Positions 40,085 to 53,419 are shown, counted from the first letter of the whole stretch. The stretch: DNA of 63,355 nt, filler included, from Conidiobolus incongruus B7586 (GCA_000697335.1; 18 parts of 18 records of this genome joined end to end with filler, not necessarily neighbours in it); one strand, 5' to 3'. Notes: generated by a model from the letters alone, not told the origin. Numbers and translations: made by a program.

Positions 40085-41405
40085 AGAAATCAAATAATAA
40101 CACAACCAAATTATAAATAATCTATTAAACAAACAATTCTCACACAATATATAATAAAAGTATATGTTTACAGAATAATTAAACTTTTACAACCCTTTAT
40201 AGTATATTTTCCTTTATTCAATTCAATATTATTTGAATTTAAATCTGTTCCTTTCTATATAATTTTTGAAAATTTTCATTATAGCTAATAATGATAAATT
40301 TTCTATTTAAACAAGTTACTCTAATCATAAATTTTTCATTATTCAACTCACTATATTAAAAATTATTCAAATCCAAGGTAATTAAAATCAAAATAGAAGC
40401 CCATAGTTAGTTAACTAAAATATAAATAAAAATATTATACTTCGATATAGTTATTTTGGTCAATTTATTTTAATGTTATAACCTTAAAATAATTTTAAAA
40501 TTGAATAATAATTTATATAATATAGATAAAACAATGTTTTGAAATTATTGATCTTAAATATCGAGCAAGTACTAAATATATATGATAAATCAACTAATAA
40601 TTATTATTGTTTAATATTATTATAAAATATAATTTATTACAATATATTTTTCAAATTAAAAGTAAATTGAAATATAATTGAACTTTATTACCACAATCTA
40701 ATTAAATCAATGAAAAATTTGATTATGTAAATATTATATTATGATTCAAGTGTAAATTTGGGGAAATTATAAATTAAAAGATAACATAATAAATTAAACA
40801 ATTATTACTAAAGAGAGATATATTGTAATAATCAGATATCAAATTTGTATAATATGAATTCAAAATAGGATGAGTTGATGTAGAACGAAGCTTTAATTAA
40901 AACATGAATGAATATCTTTCTATTCATTTAATAAATTATTCATTTCAAAAACTATAATCTCGGTAATTTTAATACATTTTTTAGAACAGCAAGTTTAATA
41001 TAATGAATGATTCTCCAAATTATAATGCATGAAAAAATAAAGTTTATCCATAGTCTTCCTATAGAAAAATTAAATAGTAGTACAAGTCATTTTGATAATA
41101 TTAAATCTAAAAATATTCCAATTTATTCATCAGTTTCAAATGGTATTTAATATAAATGATACGCCAAACTTTTTTAAATTAAAGGAAAAATTAGTGATCG
41201 TGAAAAATGGTGTTCAGCCTAAAGGCGTGCAATATTTATTGATTAGTGGTTCAATGGCATAAAGGAATTCTTAACATTTTTCTCAACAATGATATTGGAG
41301 AGTAGAAGATATGTTTGATATAGTATATATAATCGTTAAAGCTTTTCAATTTAGTAATCAGAATATCATTTTATAATTTAAATCTATCATCTGTACATCA
41401 ACAAA

Positions 41406-41524
41406 ATGAAATACTTCGCTGTCTTATTCGCTTTGGCTAGCCTTGTTGCCGCTCACGATGGTCCCCATGATGCTGAGGGTAATGCTTTGGATAATCCAGG
41501 AAACATTATTGGATTTGCTAATGG
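41406..41524 (+). CDS. Paralogous small secreted protein, 3'-truncated by a gap (absent from the ORF track)
   Basis: MKYFAVLFALASLVAAHDGPHDAEGNALDNPGNIIGFANG aligns with GPHDAQGNHLDAQGNIITFADG of the 39794 gene. Confidence 0.85.
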
Positions 41525-44500
41525 NNNNNNNNNNNNNNNNNNNNNNNNNNNNNNNNNNNNNNNNNNNNTTAATTAATTAANNNNNNNNNNNNNNNNNNNN
41601 NNNNNNNNNNNNNNNNNNNNNNNNAATATATAAAATAAAAATTTCTTAAGTAAAATCTATAAAATAAAAATTTCTTAAATAAAATCTATAAAATATAATA
41701 TTATAGTTTATATATGATATTTTATAAAATATATAATTTCATTATAAAATTAAAATTAATTAACCAATAGAAAAATATTATATAGATTTATTCTCAAATA
41801 ATATTATTAATATTAATCATTTTAATATTAATTTTGAATAAAAATATATTTAATTTGTTTTTAATGAATAGTTATATATTTGAAATAATATATATATATA
41901 ATATATAAGGAATAATGGCCTAATTTCCAAGTTAATTAATGTTCTAATAATTATACTAACTATAACACATATGTAATAGTAATATTGCTATAATAAATAT
42001 TAAAACATTATTTCAATTCTTAAATTAATTGAATATATATAATTATTGTTAAATAAAAATAGTCAAAATTAAAATATATTATATTAATTTTTTTAATCAC
42101 TTAGAATTAAAATTTTAAATCAAAAACCTATTTTGCAGAATATAATATTTAATGAAAATAAAATGATAGATTAATGTACAATTTTGAATTTGAATATTAC
42201 TATTGATTACTTAAATATTAACATAATACAAAAATATATTTCGCCCTGATGTTGACTTTTTATCAAAGAGATTAACTATAAGCAATTTAATGATCCTATT
42301 AAAATATTTAACAGATTTAATTTTGATAATTGAATTCATAAAATATTTTATATTGATTTACACTAAATAAAATTTAAATATAATATAAACATTGCACACT
42401 AAAATTACCAATCGATTTATGTCTTATAATAAAAATACCATTAATCACTTGTTTTATTCATGTGAATTCTGATTCAATAAAATCAAGATTGAAGTATTGA
42501 TTCAAACTATATTGCTTCATAAACTTTTGATTTATATTTCAATTCCATTAAGCATAAATTGATATTACAATAAATATGTAATAAATATGTTTATATATCA
42601 CATGCAGAGTATATTATTGCATCCAATTATACAAGTTGTATCATTTTAATTGATAATTTCATTGAATTTTGAAGGTTCATTGTGAAATTTTAATGTTGAA
42701 TTATGCAATAATAAGGAATTATTGCATATCAAATGAATAAAAACAGAAGCTACTTTTCAAGGATTATAATCAACTAATATGTATATAATAATCATAAATA
42801 AAGCATATGAATTTATGGATGAATGCAGAATTATACCTATATTTACCATTTTAGTAGTTCAAAATTTTATTAAAATTTCAGAAATACACATAATATCGCC
42901 AATTATCCAAGCTAATAAAAAATATCGTTTGAAATTTAAATTCTAGTCTTAAAAGAAATCAATTCGATACATTAATTGCTTGATACAAATGTTATAAACG
43001 TTATAATAATAATAATAATCACATTAGCTGATATTAAAATGAAATCTAAAAAGAATATTGACACCAAAAAAATTAAATTTTGAACCATGTAATTTGAGTT
43101 AGTAAGGGAAGGACAATGTGGAAGATAAAGCGAATAAAAACATTACGACGAATACTAAAAATGACAATACAGCTGGTAAAAAAAGGCTTCAGACAAAAGA
43201 AAACAGAGGTCAGTAGGAGTAATTTCAAAGTTTTAATAGCAGATAAATCATTAAGTGACGATCTATCAAAAGCCCAGTTATTAAGTCAATTAAAAATTAG
43301 TACAGAAGTATAATCATTAGGTAAATTAAGGAATTATTAAAAAAAGAATGAAAATATTGCACTAGATAGAAATAATAAAATATCAATATTTGAAAACTGC
43401 TCCAAAGATACCAATCTGTAAGTCTGAATCCGTCAATTATTTAAAAGCAGCAATCAATCTAATTTCAATATTGATATCTATATTAAAAATGATGATTGTG
43501 CAATAATTAAATTTCATATTAGTGTTCAATATCAAAATGTTATAATATTCGAAATTAAATTATTTAAAAAATTAAAAAACAGCTAAAATTTAAGGATTCA
43601 AGTCGTCTACAAGAGATAGAAAATCAAATCAATACCAAAAACTTAACTATAGACCCAAGTATAATCAAGGTATATTAACCAATTCTCTATGCTTATTACA
43701 ACATAAATAAATATTATTGCCTTCCCATTTTGAAAATACAGAATCTAATTACTCTACAAAAACCACTAAAGAAGCATTAAGAGAAACCGAATCTCAAATA
43801 AACTATGTATTTATGAATAATAGTGAATTTAGATGTTCTGAGCCAAAATCGATATGAATCCTACAAAACGATTGATCCACCATTCCTTTGGGGTTATGAT
43901 GAACCGTCCTGCAAGTGCTAAGAGAGATTAGTGTTATGTATTTGTATAATCTTTATATTTTTATTAAATATTTATTTATCAATATAATATTATTGTGCTT
44001 AATATATTTCGAGCTTATTGAATATTATTTTTTAATATTAATATATTTTTATTATTATTATTAATGATTATATTTAAAAATATACATAATATGTTTAACT
44101 CAAGTTAAAAACCAATATAATTTTTATCAATTATATAAACTATATGAATTAAATTATATTAATCTTATTAAATTGAATAATATAAACTGGTAGAATAAAA
44201 GACTAAATTATAAATTATTAGAATGGAATAAAATTTATTATTGATTTAATTAGCTTTAAATAACAGTTTATATTTAAATAAATTTTCACAGTTTATTTAA
44301 CTAAATTGAAATATATTACTAGGCTTTTTGAAAAAAGACATTCAATGTCAATGAATATACAGATTAACATAAATTCGAATGATTTAATTTGATATCCTGT
44401 CAATTTATTTTATCTCGATAAATCCCAACCTGATGGCACGATATTGATTAATATATCCATAATTAACTAAAAGTCATGTTTGACTTGAAAAGTTGAAATA

Positions 44501-45117
44501 AATCAATTTCAAATTTATCATATACTCTGAATATGTCATAATTGAATTATTATTGTACACAAAATTTAAAAATAGATAGTGATAAATGAATTTTTAAAAC
44601 TAAATTTAATGTAATCTATATAATCCATTTGATATCTAATAAAATAATCCAAACTATACTATAAGCAACTATGATGATAATGACATATTGACTCAGTTCA
44701 TAACATTGCATCATATCTAATTTCTAAAAAACCAAAACTAATTAAAAATCTTAATATTTTAATGATTCAGTCCAAATTTGGAAAAACTTCGAGAATGGCA
44801 TTGAATTGCATTATTGATAGTTGAATTCTAATTTGAGATAAATTTACTAATTCATTTAACATTATTCTTCTAAACTTTATTTTTAAAACTTTAATAGTTT
44901 TTAATCTCTTCTTTATTATTTCTTTCTTATTCTATTTAAATTATTATTTTTATCACTATTAGTTATAATTTTTTTTAATTACTCAATTTTATTTTAATAT
45001 ATTTTATTTTTATTATTATCAATAGATTAATACTAATCAGTATTTAATAAAATATTCATTCTATATACAATAATATTCAGTTTAAAAGTGAACTAATCTT
45101 TGAATATAAAAAAAATT

Positions 45118-47198
45118 ATGGAAGGTCCTACAGAATTTGTCAAACAAGGTTACGTAGAAGTTAAAAAGAGTAATTTTGGTTGGAGATTTATTAGGAGGTG
45201 GGCTTTATTAAAGGAAAATACTTTAACATTTCACCGTAATGAGGTAATTCTAATTCATAACTTCAAACTTTGATTTATTCAATAATTTCTTTATAGTCAA
45301 CTTTTCAACCCAAGTCACTTATATTTTTAAAAGAAATTAAAGAAGTGACAAGAAGTCAAATTAAAAAACATAGCTTTGAACTTTGTACCAAAGACTCCAC
45401 AATATATATCAGTTGTAGTAGTGATGAGGAGTTGTATTCTTGGATGGACGCTATTTATCAGGTAATTTTATTGGTCATCTATTCACTTTTTATTTATCCA
45501 TTTCCACTATTTTAGCGTTCTTCCTCCGCTACAGTAAGTATGCCAACGAATTTTGTTCATGAAGTTCATGTTGATTTTGACCCTGTCAGCGGTGCTTTTA
45601 CTGTAATTAAATTTAATAATTGTCAATACTTTTATTAATGTTGGCTTTAGGGTTTACCTCCCGGTTGGGCAGCTTTGCTTCAACGATCAAATATTACCAA
45701 AGAGGAATATAGTGCAAATCCTCAAGCTGTTATTGATGCTTTGGGATTTTACACTGGTCAACAAAATCAAGATGATTATCACGATAAGTGGACTGGGCTA
45801 ATACCCAAAGATATGAATGCGAATAATGGTTTGTCCACCTCGGCACCTCCCCAACAACCTATGTCACTGCTACCCGAACTACCAAACCATTTAAGTATAC
45901 TATTTGACGATTCTACCATAGTTAATTTTTTAAAAAAATATTTTTACTTTATACTAATCTAATCGTTAGGAAACACCCAGTTCCTCCCGGGAAAATTCTA
46001 CCAAAACTGCATTCGATGCTCTGAATAGTAATAAAAATTCTAAGACAAATAACAGTGCCAAGAGCTCAAAGAATCAGCTAACGAGTTCTGAAAGTATGTC
46101 TGACGCTGTCGTAATAGAGAAATTAAGTAAGTGTTCTATTCTATCATATTTTGTATTCAATGTGTTCATTTATTAATGCTGTTATTCAATAGGACAACTT
46201 GTCAATCCAGGTGATATCAACAAGTTCTACCAGAAGCAGCAAAAGATTGGTCAAGGGTACCTATTCAATTCCTAATTTTATTTTATTCATTAACCATTCA
46301 TTTTTTTAGTGCTTCTGGTTCCGTCTTCGTGGGAGTCCAACTAGCTACTAACAAAACTGTGGCTATGAAGCAGATTGACTTACCCAAACAACCCCGAAAG
46401 CAGCTTATCTACAACGAACTCTCAGTGATGAAGGAAGCTCAACACCCTAATATTGTCAATTGTTTGGATGGTTTCTTAGTCCAAAACGATCTTTGGGTAA
46501 TAATGGAATATATGAAGGGAGGTCCCTTGACAGATGCTATCGACAATAATACCCTCACGGAGGAGCAAATTGCCTGTATTTGTTTAGAAACTTGCAAAGG
46601 TCTCAAGCATCTTCACGATCAGAATATCATTCATAGAGATATTAAGAGTGATAATATCTTGCTGGGAGAAGATGGTTCTGTTAAAATTAGTAAGTTTTTT
46701 TTTCATTTTTATCGCTTTATTCAACGTCATTGACCATTCCATTAGCTGATTTTGGATTCTGTGCCAAAGTATCGGATACTCAACGTAAGAGAGCGACTAT
46801 GGTGGGAACTCCATATTGGATGGCGCCAGAAATTGTCAAGCAGAAGGAATACGACACCAAGGTGGACGTTTGGTCGCTAGGTATTATGGCGATTGAAATG
46901 GTCGAAAATGAGCCACCCTACTTGGACGAAGAGCCTCTTAAAGCGCTTTATATGATAGCAACCATCGGTACACCATCGCTCAAAGACCCCGATTCGCTAA
47001 GTTTTGAACTCAAGCGATTCCTCTCGGTTTGTTTGTGTGTGGATATTGAAAGCCGTGCTTCTTCCAAAGATTTATTACTTGTAAGTTTTCCATTAACTCT
47101 ATTGAAACATTTTACTAATCTGATTCATTTAGCATCCATTCCTCCAAAAGTCATGCTCGACTCGAGACCTCGCAGTTCTAATTCGACCACAAGAATAA
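45118..47198 (+). CDS. CLA4: PAK kinase, Cla4/Skm1 type (PH + CRIB + kinase); exons 45118-45243, 45297-45461, 45516-45602, 45651-45920, 45970-46126, 46193-46256, 46310-46689, 46746-47080, 47133-47198
   Basis: PH domain (VKQGYVEVK...[10 protein letters not shown]), CRIB ([24 protein letters not shown]), [37 protein letters not shown]. Eight GT-AG introns keep the frame. Confidence 0.9.
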
Positions 47199-48316
47199 TA
47201 TACCACCTCATCATTACCCCCGTGTTACAAGCAGCAGCTCATTTTTATCAACAGTTATTTATTAGGTACCTGTATTTTCCAAATCCCAATCATCATCTGT
47301 CATGTATTTTACATATCTGATATATTACAACTATTACTGTTATTATTATCACATTTGGAATTAATATGGATCTACTGTTTTTAATCTACAACTAAATTTT
47401 ACTCTATTTAGCATATATACATATATATGTATATATCCCTCCATCTAGTATTGTTTAAAGTTTATTGTGTTATTGTTTCCTAGCCTTCATACATTATTTT
47501 TTTGATCTACATAATTGTTTATATCTCTTTCTATCTATTACATTGATTTTTTAACAATTAAATAACTTTTATTTTTAATTTTTTATCACTGGTTATTTTT
47601 TGATAAATTTATTAAATTAAAGAATGATTTTATTCTAGAATATATTGAGCTATACTTTTTTATATATTTAATTTTATTTATATTCATATACATAATTTTT
47701 TTTCAAATTTAAAAGATCCAATATAAATAGATCATTCTATTAATCATTTACTCCATAATTATTGAATTTTTCTTATAATTAATTTCATACCAAATATGAA
47801 TTTTTTATACAAATAAATTTTAAATTTAATTTTCATATTGACAAATTATTGAAAGTTTGAAATATATATATATTATTGCAATTAGGGTTATTATTATACC
47901 GTTTGAGAATACTATAATGATAATATATAATCAATTATTATTAATAGGAATAAATTAAATGATGATGGATATTATATTATTATTATAATTATAAAAATTT
48001 AATCAAACTTGATTTATTAAAATCAGATATTTTAAGTGTTTGATAATTTTATAAATTGATTAAGTATATTAATATTCAAAATATTTTTGGACATAGTAAA
48101 AATTTGATAGCAATGTTTTTATAATTATTATGCAATGTAATATCATCTCATAATTTCATTTACAACACTGATATCTAAAATATTTAATAATTATATGTTT
48201 ACAAATCTAAACTATTCAAGTATTATATCCCATAAATTAATTCAATAATATTATATCATTTTAGTTTTTTAAATTCTTATCATTAAATTCAAAATTCAAA
48301 CACTTATTAAAAAAAT

Positions 48317-48870
48317 ATGATAATAATTAATTATTTAATAAAAAGTTTTCCAAAAAATTTATTATTTAAACATTCTTCACAATTAAATCAATTTCATTTT
48401 TTAACTTTTTTATTCAATAATAAATCTAAACAAAATCAACCAATTAAAATCGAGCTCAAGGAGGAAGACTTGAAAGAAACCTTTGTCAAAGGGTCAGGGA
48501 ATGGAGGTCAAGCTATTAATAAGACCAATTCTAACGTTGAATTAGTGCATATCCCCACTGGAATACGTCTTCAAGGAATTTAACTATTTTATATTATCTT
48601 ACAAATGCATCAATTAATTTTCAATAGTGTCAACAGACTCGTTCTCAATCTGAAAATCGTAAGCTCGCTAGAAAGATGATGATTGCAAAATTAGACGAAT
48701 TTTATAATGGGAATCAATCGAAAAAAGCTTTGAAAATTCAAAAGTTAAAGAAACAAAAGGCCAAACAAAGGAAAAGATCCCTTGAAAAGTATGCAAAATC
48801 TAAGATTGAACAATTGAAAGAAGTAGATAACACAATAGAAGAAGAAGACAAAAACTTAGAAACAAAATAA
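48317..48870 (+). CDS. Mitochondrial GGQ peptidyl-tRNA hydrolase/rescue factor (C12orf65/mtRF-R, yeast Rso55/Pth3-like); exons 48317-48574 and 48628-48870
   Basis: Presequence-like N-terminus; LKETFVKGSGNGGQAINKTNSNVELVHIPTGIRLQ|CQQTRSQSENRKLARK; basic helical tail. The intron donor reads GG, not GT. Confidence 0.82.
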
Positions 48871-48896
48871 TAAATAAATGAATAAAAATACATGAC

Positions 48897-50234
48897 TTAA
48901 GAGTGATGATGATCATTGATTAATTTTTCTAAAATTTTCAATTCTTCTGTATTACAGTTGGGTGGTTGAGTTTCACTTAGTAGTTTGAGGAAGGTTTTCC
49001 CAACTTCCCAACTCGCTTTCTTTTTCGCCAACTGAAGTAGATTGTATATCAGTTGGACGTTTTCAGAATCGTCCCCTTCCAGCTGCTTGAAGTAGTCTAG
49101 GAAGATTTGACCGCTGTTCAGGCCGACTTCAGGTGGGATGTAGTAGTTGGGTAGTTTTATGGAGGTGGCGATGGTGGCTGGAATGTTCATGGTATTTAAT
49201 GGGAGTGAAGTCATATTAATTCCATTCGTTGTGAGAGAATTGGGTGTTAGAAATGGTGTTGTCATTGTTGTGGATGTGATAGATGTTGTATTTTCAATGG
49301 AATGCCTCAGTAGTAAAGATTGCTGCTCCAACTGTTGGTCAAGCGGAGATTGCGTCAACTGGGGCGTCAAATGAACTTGACTTGTTCCAATATTGGACGA
49401 AGTATGGGACAAATGCTGCATTAGCGAATTATCGTTAAGTTCATTGGCGCTAAGATGTCCAGGCGGTAAACTGGACTCAGAATGAGCAGGAATTTGAATC
49501 TGAGAAGGAGAATTAGAAGTTTGATCATTATCCATGTCATGTGAACTATTTCTAAGTTTGGAATTCTCATCCTGTTGAGCACTCATCCCATGCATACTAG
49601 TCTGACCCGCAGCTGTCAACTGACTCAAATCAAACGTCAGTCCATGGTTCGTAGTGCTATGCCCCAAAAAATTCTCCTCCAACATGGGAAACTCCAAATC
49701 CTGAGGAGTCTGAATCATTGAAATAGCTTTTCCATCTAGCAGTTTTAATTTTTTCTTTATCCTAGCTAGCCACCCATTCGAAAACTTCAAATTCTCCTTC
49801 CCAATATTCAATTCGGCACTCAACCTCTTCGCTTCCTTCATGATCATCGCATCACCAATATTCTCCACTGTTTGTTTTGTCTTTACATACCACTTCTTTA
49901 ACTCTTCCTCCAACTCTGGAAACCTTGGCGGCCTCAACCTAAACTGAACAAAATTAGCATTATTATCAGCCCCTTCCACTAACAATTGGTGCCACCTATC
50001 GCTATTCTTTAAAATACTACTAACTGTACTCCTCTTAATCTTAAATATTGTAGCTAATTCCGAATGTTTTAAATTAGGATGCTGTTTAAAATAATTACAT
50101 AATTTCACTTTATCTTGTAAGCTCAATTTTGCTCGAGGTATTATTGGTTTTTTAGGTTTATTTGAATTATTGTTATTGTTATTGTTATTTGCGGTATTAT
50201 CATTATTTGTATTAATAAGGTTAAAATTTTCCAT
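48897..50234 (-). CDS. CENP-B/pogo(Tc5)-type double-HTH DNA-binding protein lacking a DDE domain (domesticated transposase)
   Basis: RAKLSLQDKVKL...HSELATIFKIKRSTVSSILK (CENP-B N HTH) and RPPRFPELEEELKKW...DAMIMKEAKRL...LKFSNGWLARIKK (Tc5 HTH), followed by S/T/Q/H low-complexity sequence. Intact 445 aa; no TIRs seen. Confidence 0.88.
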   Translation of the reverse strand: MENFNLINTNNDNTANNNNNNNNSNKPKKPIIPRAKLSLQDKVKLCNYFKQHPNLKHSELATIFKIKRSTVSSILKNSDRWHQLLVEGADNNANFVQFRLRPPRFPELEEELKKWYVKTKQTVENIGDAMIMKEAKRLSAELNIGKENLKFSNGWLARIKKKLKLLDGKAISMIQTPQDLEFPMLEENFLGHSTTNHGLTFDLSQLTAAGQTSMHGMSAQQDENSKLRNSSHDMDNDQTSNSPSQIQIPAHSESSLPPGHLSANELNDNSLMQHLSHTSSNIGTSQVHLTPQLTQSPLDQQLEQQSLLLRHSIENTTSITSTTMTTPFLTPNSLTTNGINMTSLPLNTMNIPATIATSIKLPNYYIPPEVGLNSGQIFLDYFKQLEGDDSENVQLIYNLLQLAKKKASWEVGKTFLKLLSETQPPNCNTEELKILEKLINDHHHS

Positions 50235-51608
50235 AATAAAGGATTGTTGAGTTGATATTTTTGTTTTATAATATTTTGTTTAGGGTATTAAAAAGAGTGA
50301 TGTGATAAATATATTTATAATTAGGAATGAATGGGGTTGTTATATCAGGTGAACCACTATTATTGGTTAAAATCCATACTTGATTAATTGATTTATTTCT
50401 ATAATAGTCATTTTAATTGGATTGGGTATAATGAATTTTATACACTAAATTGATACTTGAGATTTATTTTAAACAATTAGTTTAAATTTTTTGTAAATAC
50501 CATAAAGGTTATTATAGTATTTTAAATAATTGTAGTTGTAATCTTATTTGTATATTGATTATCAATTATATTAATTTAATAATACACATCTATCATATTA
50601 TATTTGAAAATTTGATTAATTTGGGAATAATTATTGATCGATTTGATGATGCAAGCTAATGTTTTTATATTAAATTGATTTAAAAAAATATCATTAAGAT
50701 AATTATATTTCAATTATTAAATTTGATAAAAAAATTAATGGACATGTTTTGAAAGGATTGTGGATATATATATATGTTTAGAAATTAATATATTTGACAA
50801 TAGATTTATTTGCTCATCAAAATAATTGAATTAAAAATAACAATACATATAGAATATATTGATAATCAAGTTCATATTAGTTTCACCTTTATCCTTATAA
50901 ATATTTGGATTAATAATTAATTTTTGAGAATATATATTTAGTTTGAAAAATCAAATATATATCAGCTTATTTTCAATAAATTATATAAAATAATATAGTT
51001 TTTTTTTGAATTCAAAAAATATGAATAGTTATTTCTAGATTTTGTAATTTATTTTTATTAAAATAATTTTTTGATATAATATTGGAATATATTTAATTTA
51101 AAGTCTTAAGTCACTTTGATATATTTAATATGTATTTTATTAAATATAAAACACATATAAAGTATTTATTATTATAATCAATAAGATATTAAGTTTATGT
51201 TTTTCAAGTTTTATTAATACTATGATAAATTCTATATTATTTATTTATTTTTATTAAATAAAGAATAATAAGTTTGAATATTCTTTTAAAATTTAAAAAT
51301 CCTTTATAAAATCTTAAAGGAATAAAAAATTCATAATAAAGTTTGTAAATAGTTATAAACTATTTATATTATATGCTGATTTATTTTTCAATATAATATA
51401 TATATAATATAATATTGAAATTAAAATTTTTTATAATTAATTAATATTAATATAAAAGCTAAATAAAGTTAAATTTGAAAAATCAAAATTAAATAATATT
51501 ATTAATAANNNNNNNNNNNNNNNNNNNNNNNNNNNNNNNNNNNNNNNNNNNNTTAATTAATTAANNNNNNNNNNNNNNNNNNNNNNNNNNNNNNNNNNNN
51601 NNNNNNNN

Positions 51609-51739
51609 TTTATTTATTATTAAATAATATACCTTAATTATATATTATAGTTTCAAGTAATCTAATATATACAATTGTTTTAGTTATTAATTAAAATATA
51701 TATATTTTTGATTTTATGACTCACTTTTGTAGGTTAGTG
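51609..51739 (-). mobile_element. Tc1 subfamily C 5' terminus (TIR + TA)
   Basis: TTTTATGACTCACTTTTGTAGGTTAGTG|TA; the adjacent ~100 nt match 38560-38665. Confidence 0.85.
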
Positions 51740-53419
51740 TATAACTTGTCAAATATTTTTAATTTATATAGTATTTAATCTGATAATTTCTAAACTTTAT
51801 TAATTTTTCTTAATTATTTTATTAATTAACTAAAACTTATAATTAATACCTTTGAAAATTCCTCTTAAATATTATTAATATGAATTTCTAAAATATCTAA
51901 TATTTTTTTATTAGATATTTTTATTTTTCTATTTATGTATGCTTTATCTTTAGTATAATAATTATTATTTTGAATATATACAAACTATTTTTAATAATAG
52001 CTAAGAATAATAGTATCTTTACTATATATTTGATTAATAATTCTATATGACTCAGATGGTTTATATACTTGATTAAAATAAAATAACATAATATTTCTTA
52101 AAAAATTATTATTAAGCTTTAGTGGGAATCATTGTAAAAAAATTTATATTTAAATAATAATATTAGAATATATACTTAATTTATATTAATTCTAAAAATT
52201 TTAACTATTTTTTAAAGTTGGTTTTATATTAACTTCACCAAATTATGAATATAATTAGGAAAACAATCAATAAACACAATGATAAAAATAAATGATAACT
52301 TAAATGAATTTTTTTTCAAGCTTAATATAATTAGATAAAATCTGTTTTCATTTGATAGCTGAAATATTAGAATATATAATCAATCAGATATAGATTAAAT
52401 TTTGTAAAAAATTCCTCAATAATATAAACAGATATTAATATCTTATAATATAATTAAATAGATATAATGTTTAAATATATATTAATATTATTAAATCCTA
52501 GTTATCAATAGTTTAATATATTTGATTTTTATCTATTATATTTTATTGAATAATAATATTATAAAATAAAAATGAATATCAAAAAAATATCGAATTTGAA
52601 ATATTTTATTTTTAAAATAATATATATTTCAAAGGTAAAAATATGTTAATATTATTTATTTATTTAAAAATAATATTGATTTATATTTTCTAAAAAATAA
52701 ATTTAAAATCTTAAATATTTTTAAAATCAAGTTTAATTATACTTTTAAATAAATTTTTCATAAATAATAAAATATTATAGTTTTAAGTATATAACCTTAT
52801 AATACAATTTTGGAAAATATAATTTATAAACCTTTATTATCAATATATATTTGATTAAATTCTATATTTAGTAATAACATTAATTATCTTTAATAATAAA
52901 TTAATAAAGCAATTTATAAACAATATATATATTTATATAATATTGCTTAATATTATTTTTTAAAAATATATAAGGATAATAAACATATTATTGCAAAAAA
53001 CATATTATTAAACTTAGCCTTGATTCACTTTGTAATATAATATAATTCTTAATGAAAATAGTTTAAAATTTACCTAAATTATAATATAATTAAATAAAAA
53101 AATAAATTACTCATTCTATTTATATTTTAATTTTTATTAAAAAATGAAAAACAAATCTTTTAAATAGCTTAGGATGTTTGATATATTAATATATAATTAT
53201 ATTATATTTATCAGTCGATATTTTATTATTATATTGATTTTATTTTTATATTTAAATTAATAATAAAATGATTTAATTATTTTAAAATATAATATATGGA
53301 TAAATTTAAAATGATATAANNNNNNNNNNNNNNNNNNNNNNNNNNNNNNNNNNNNNNNNNNNNTTAATTAATTAANNNNNNNNNNNNNNNNNNNNNNNNN
53401 NNNNNNNNNNNNNNNNNNN

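Noticed and set aside
51740..53319. Very AT-rich tracts (also ~50900-51500 and 62700-63355) as further TE relics or centromeric DNA
   Set aside because: I could not recover motifs, termini or a second copy by eye, so they are left unannotated.
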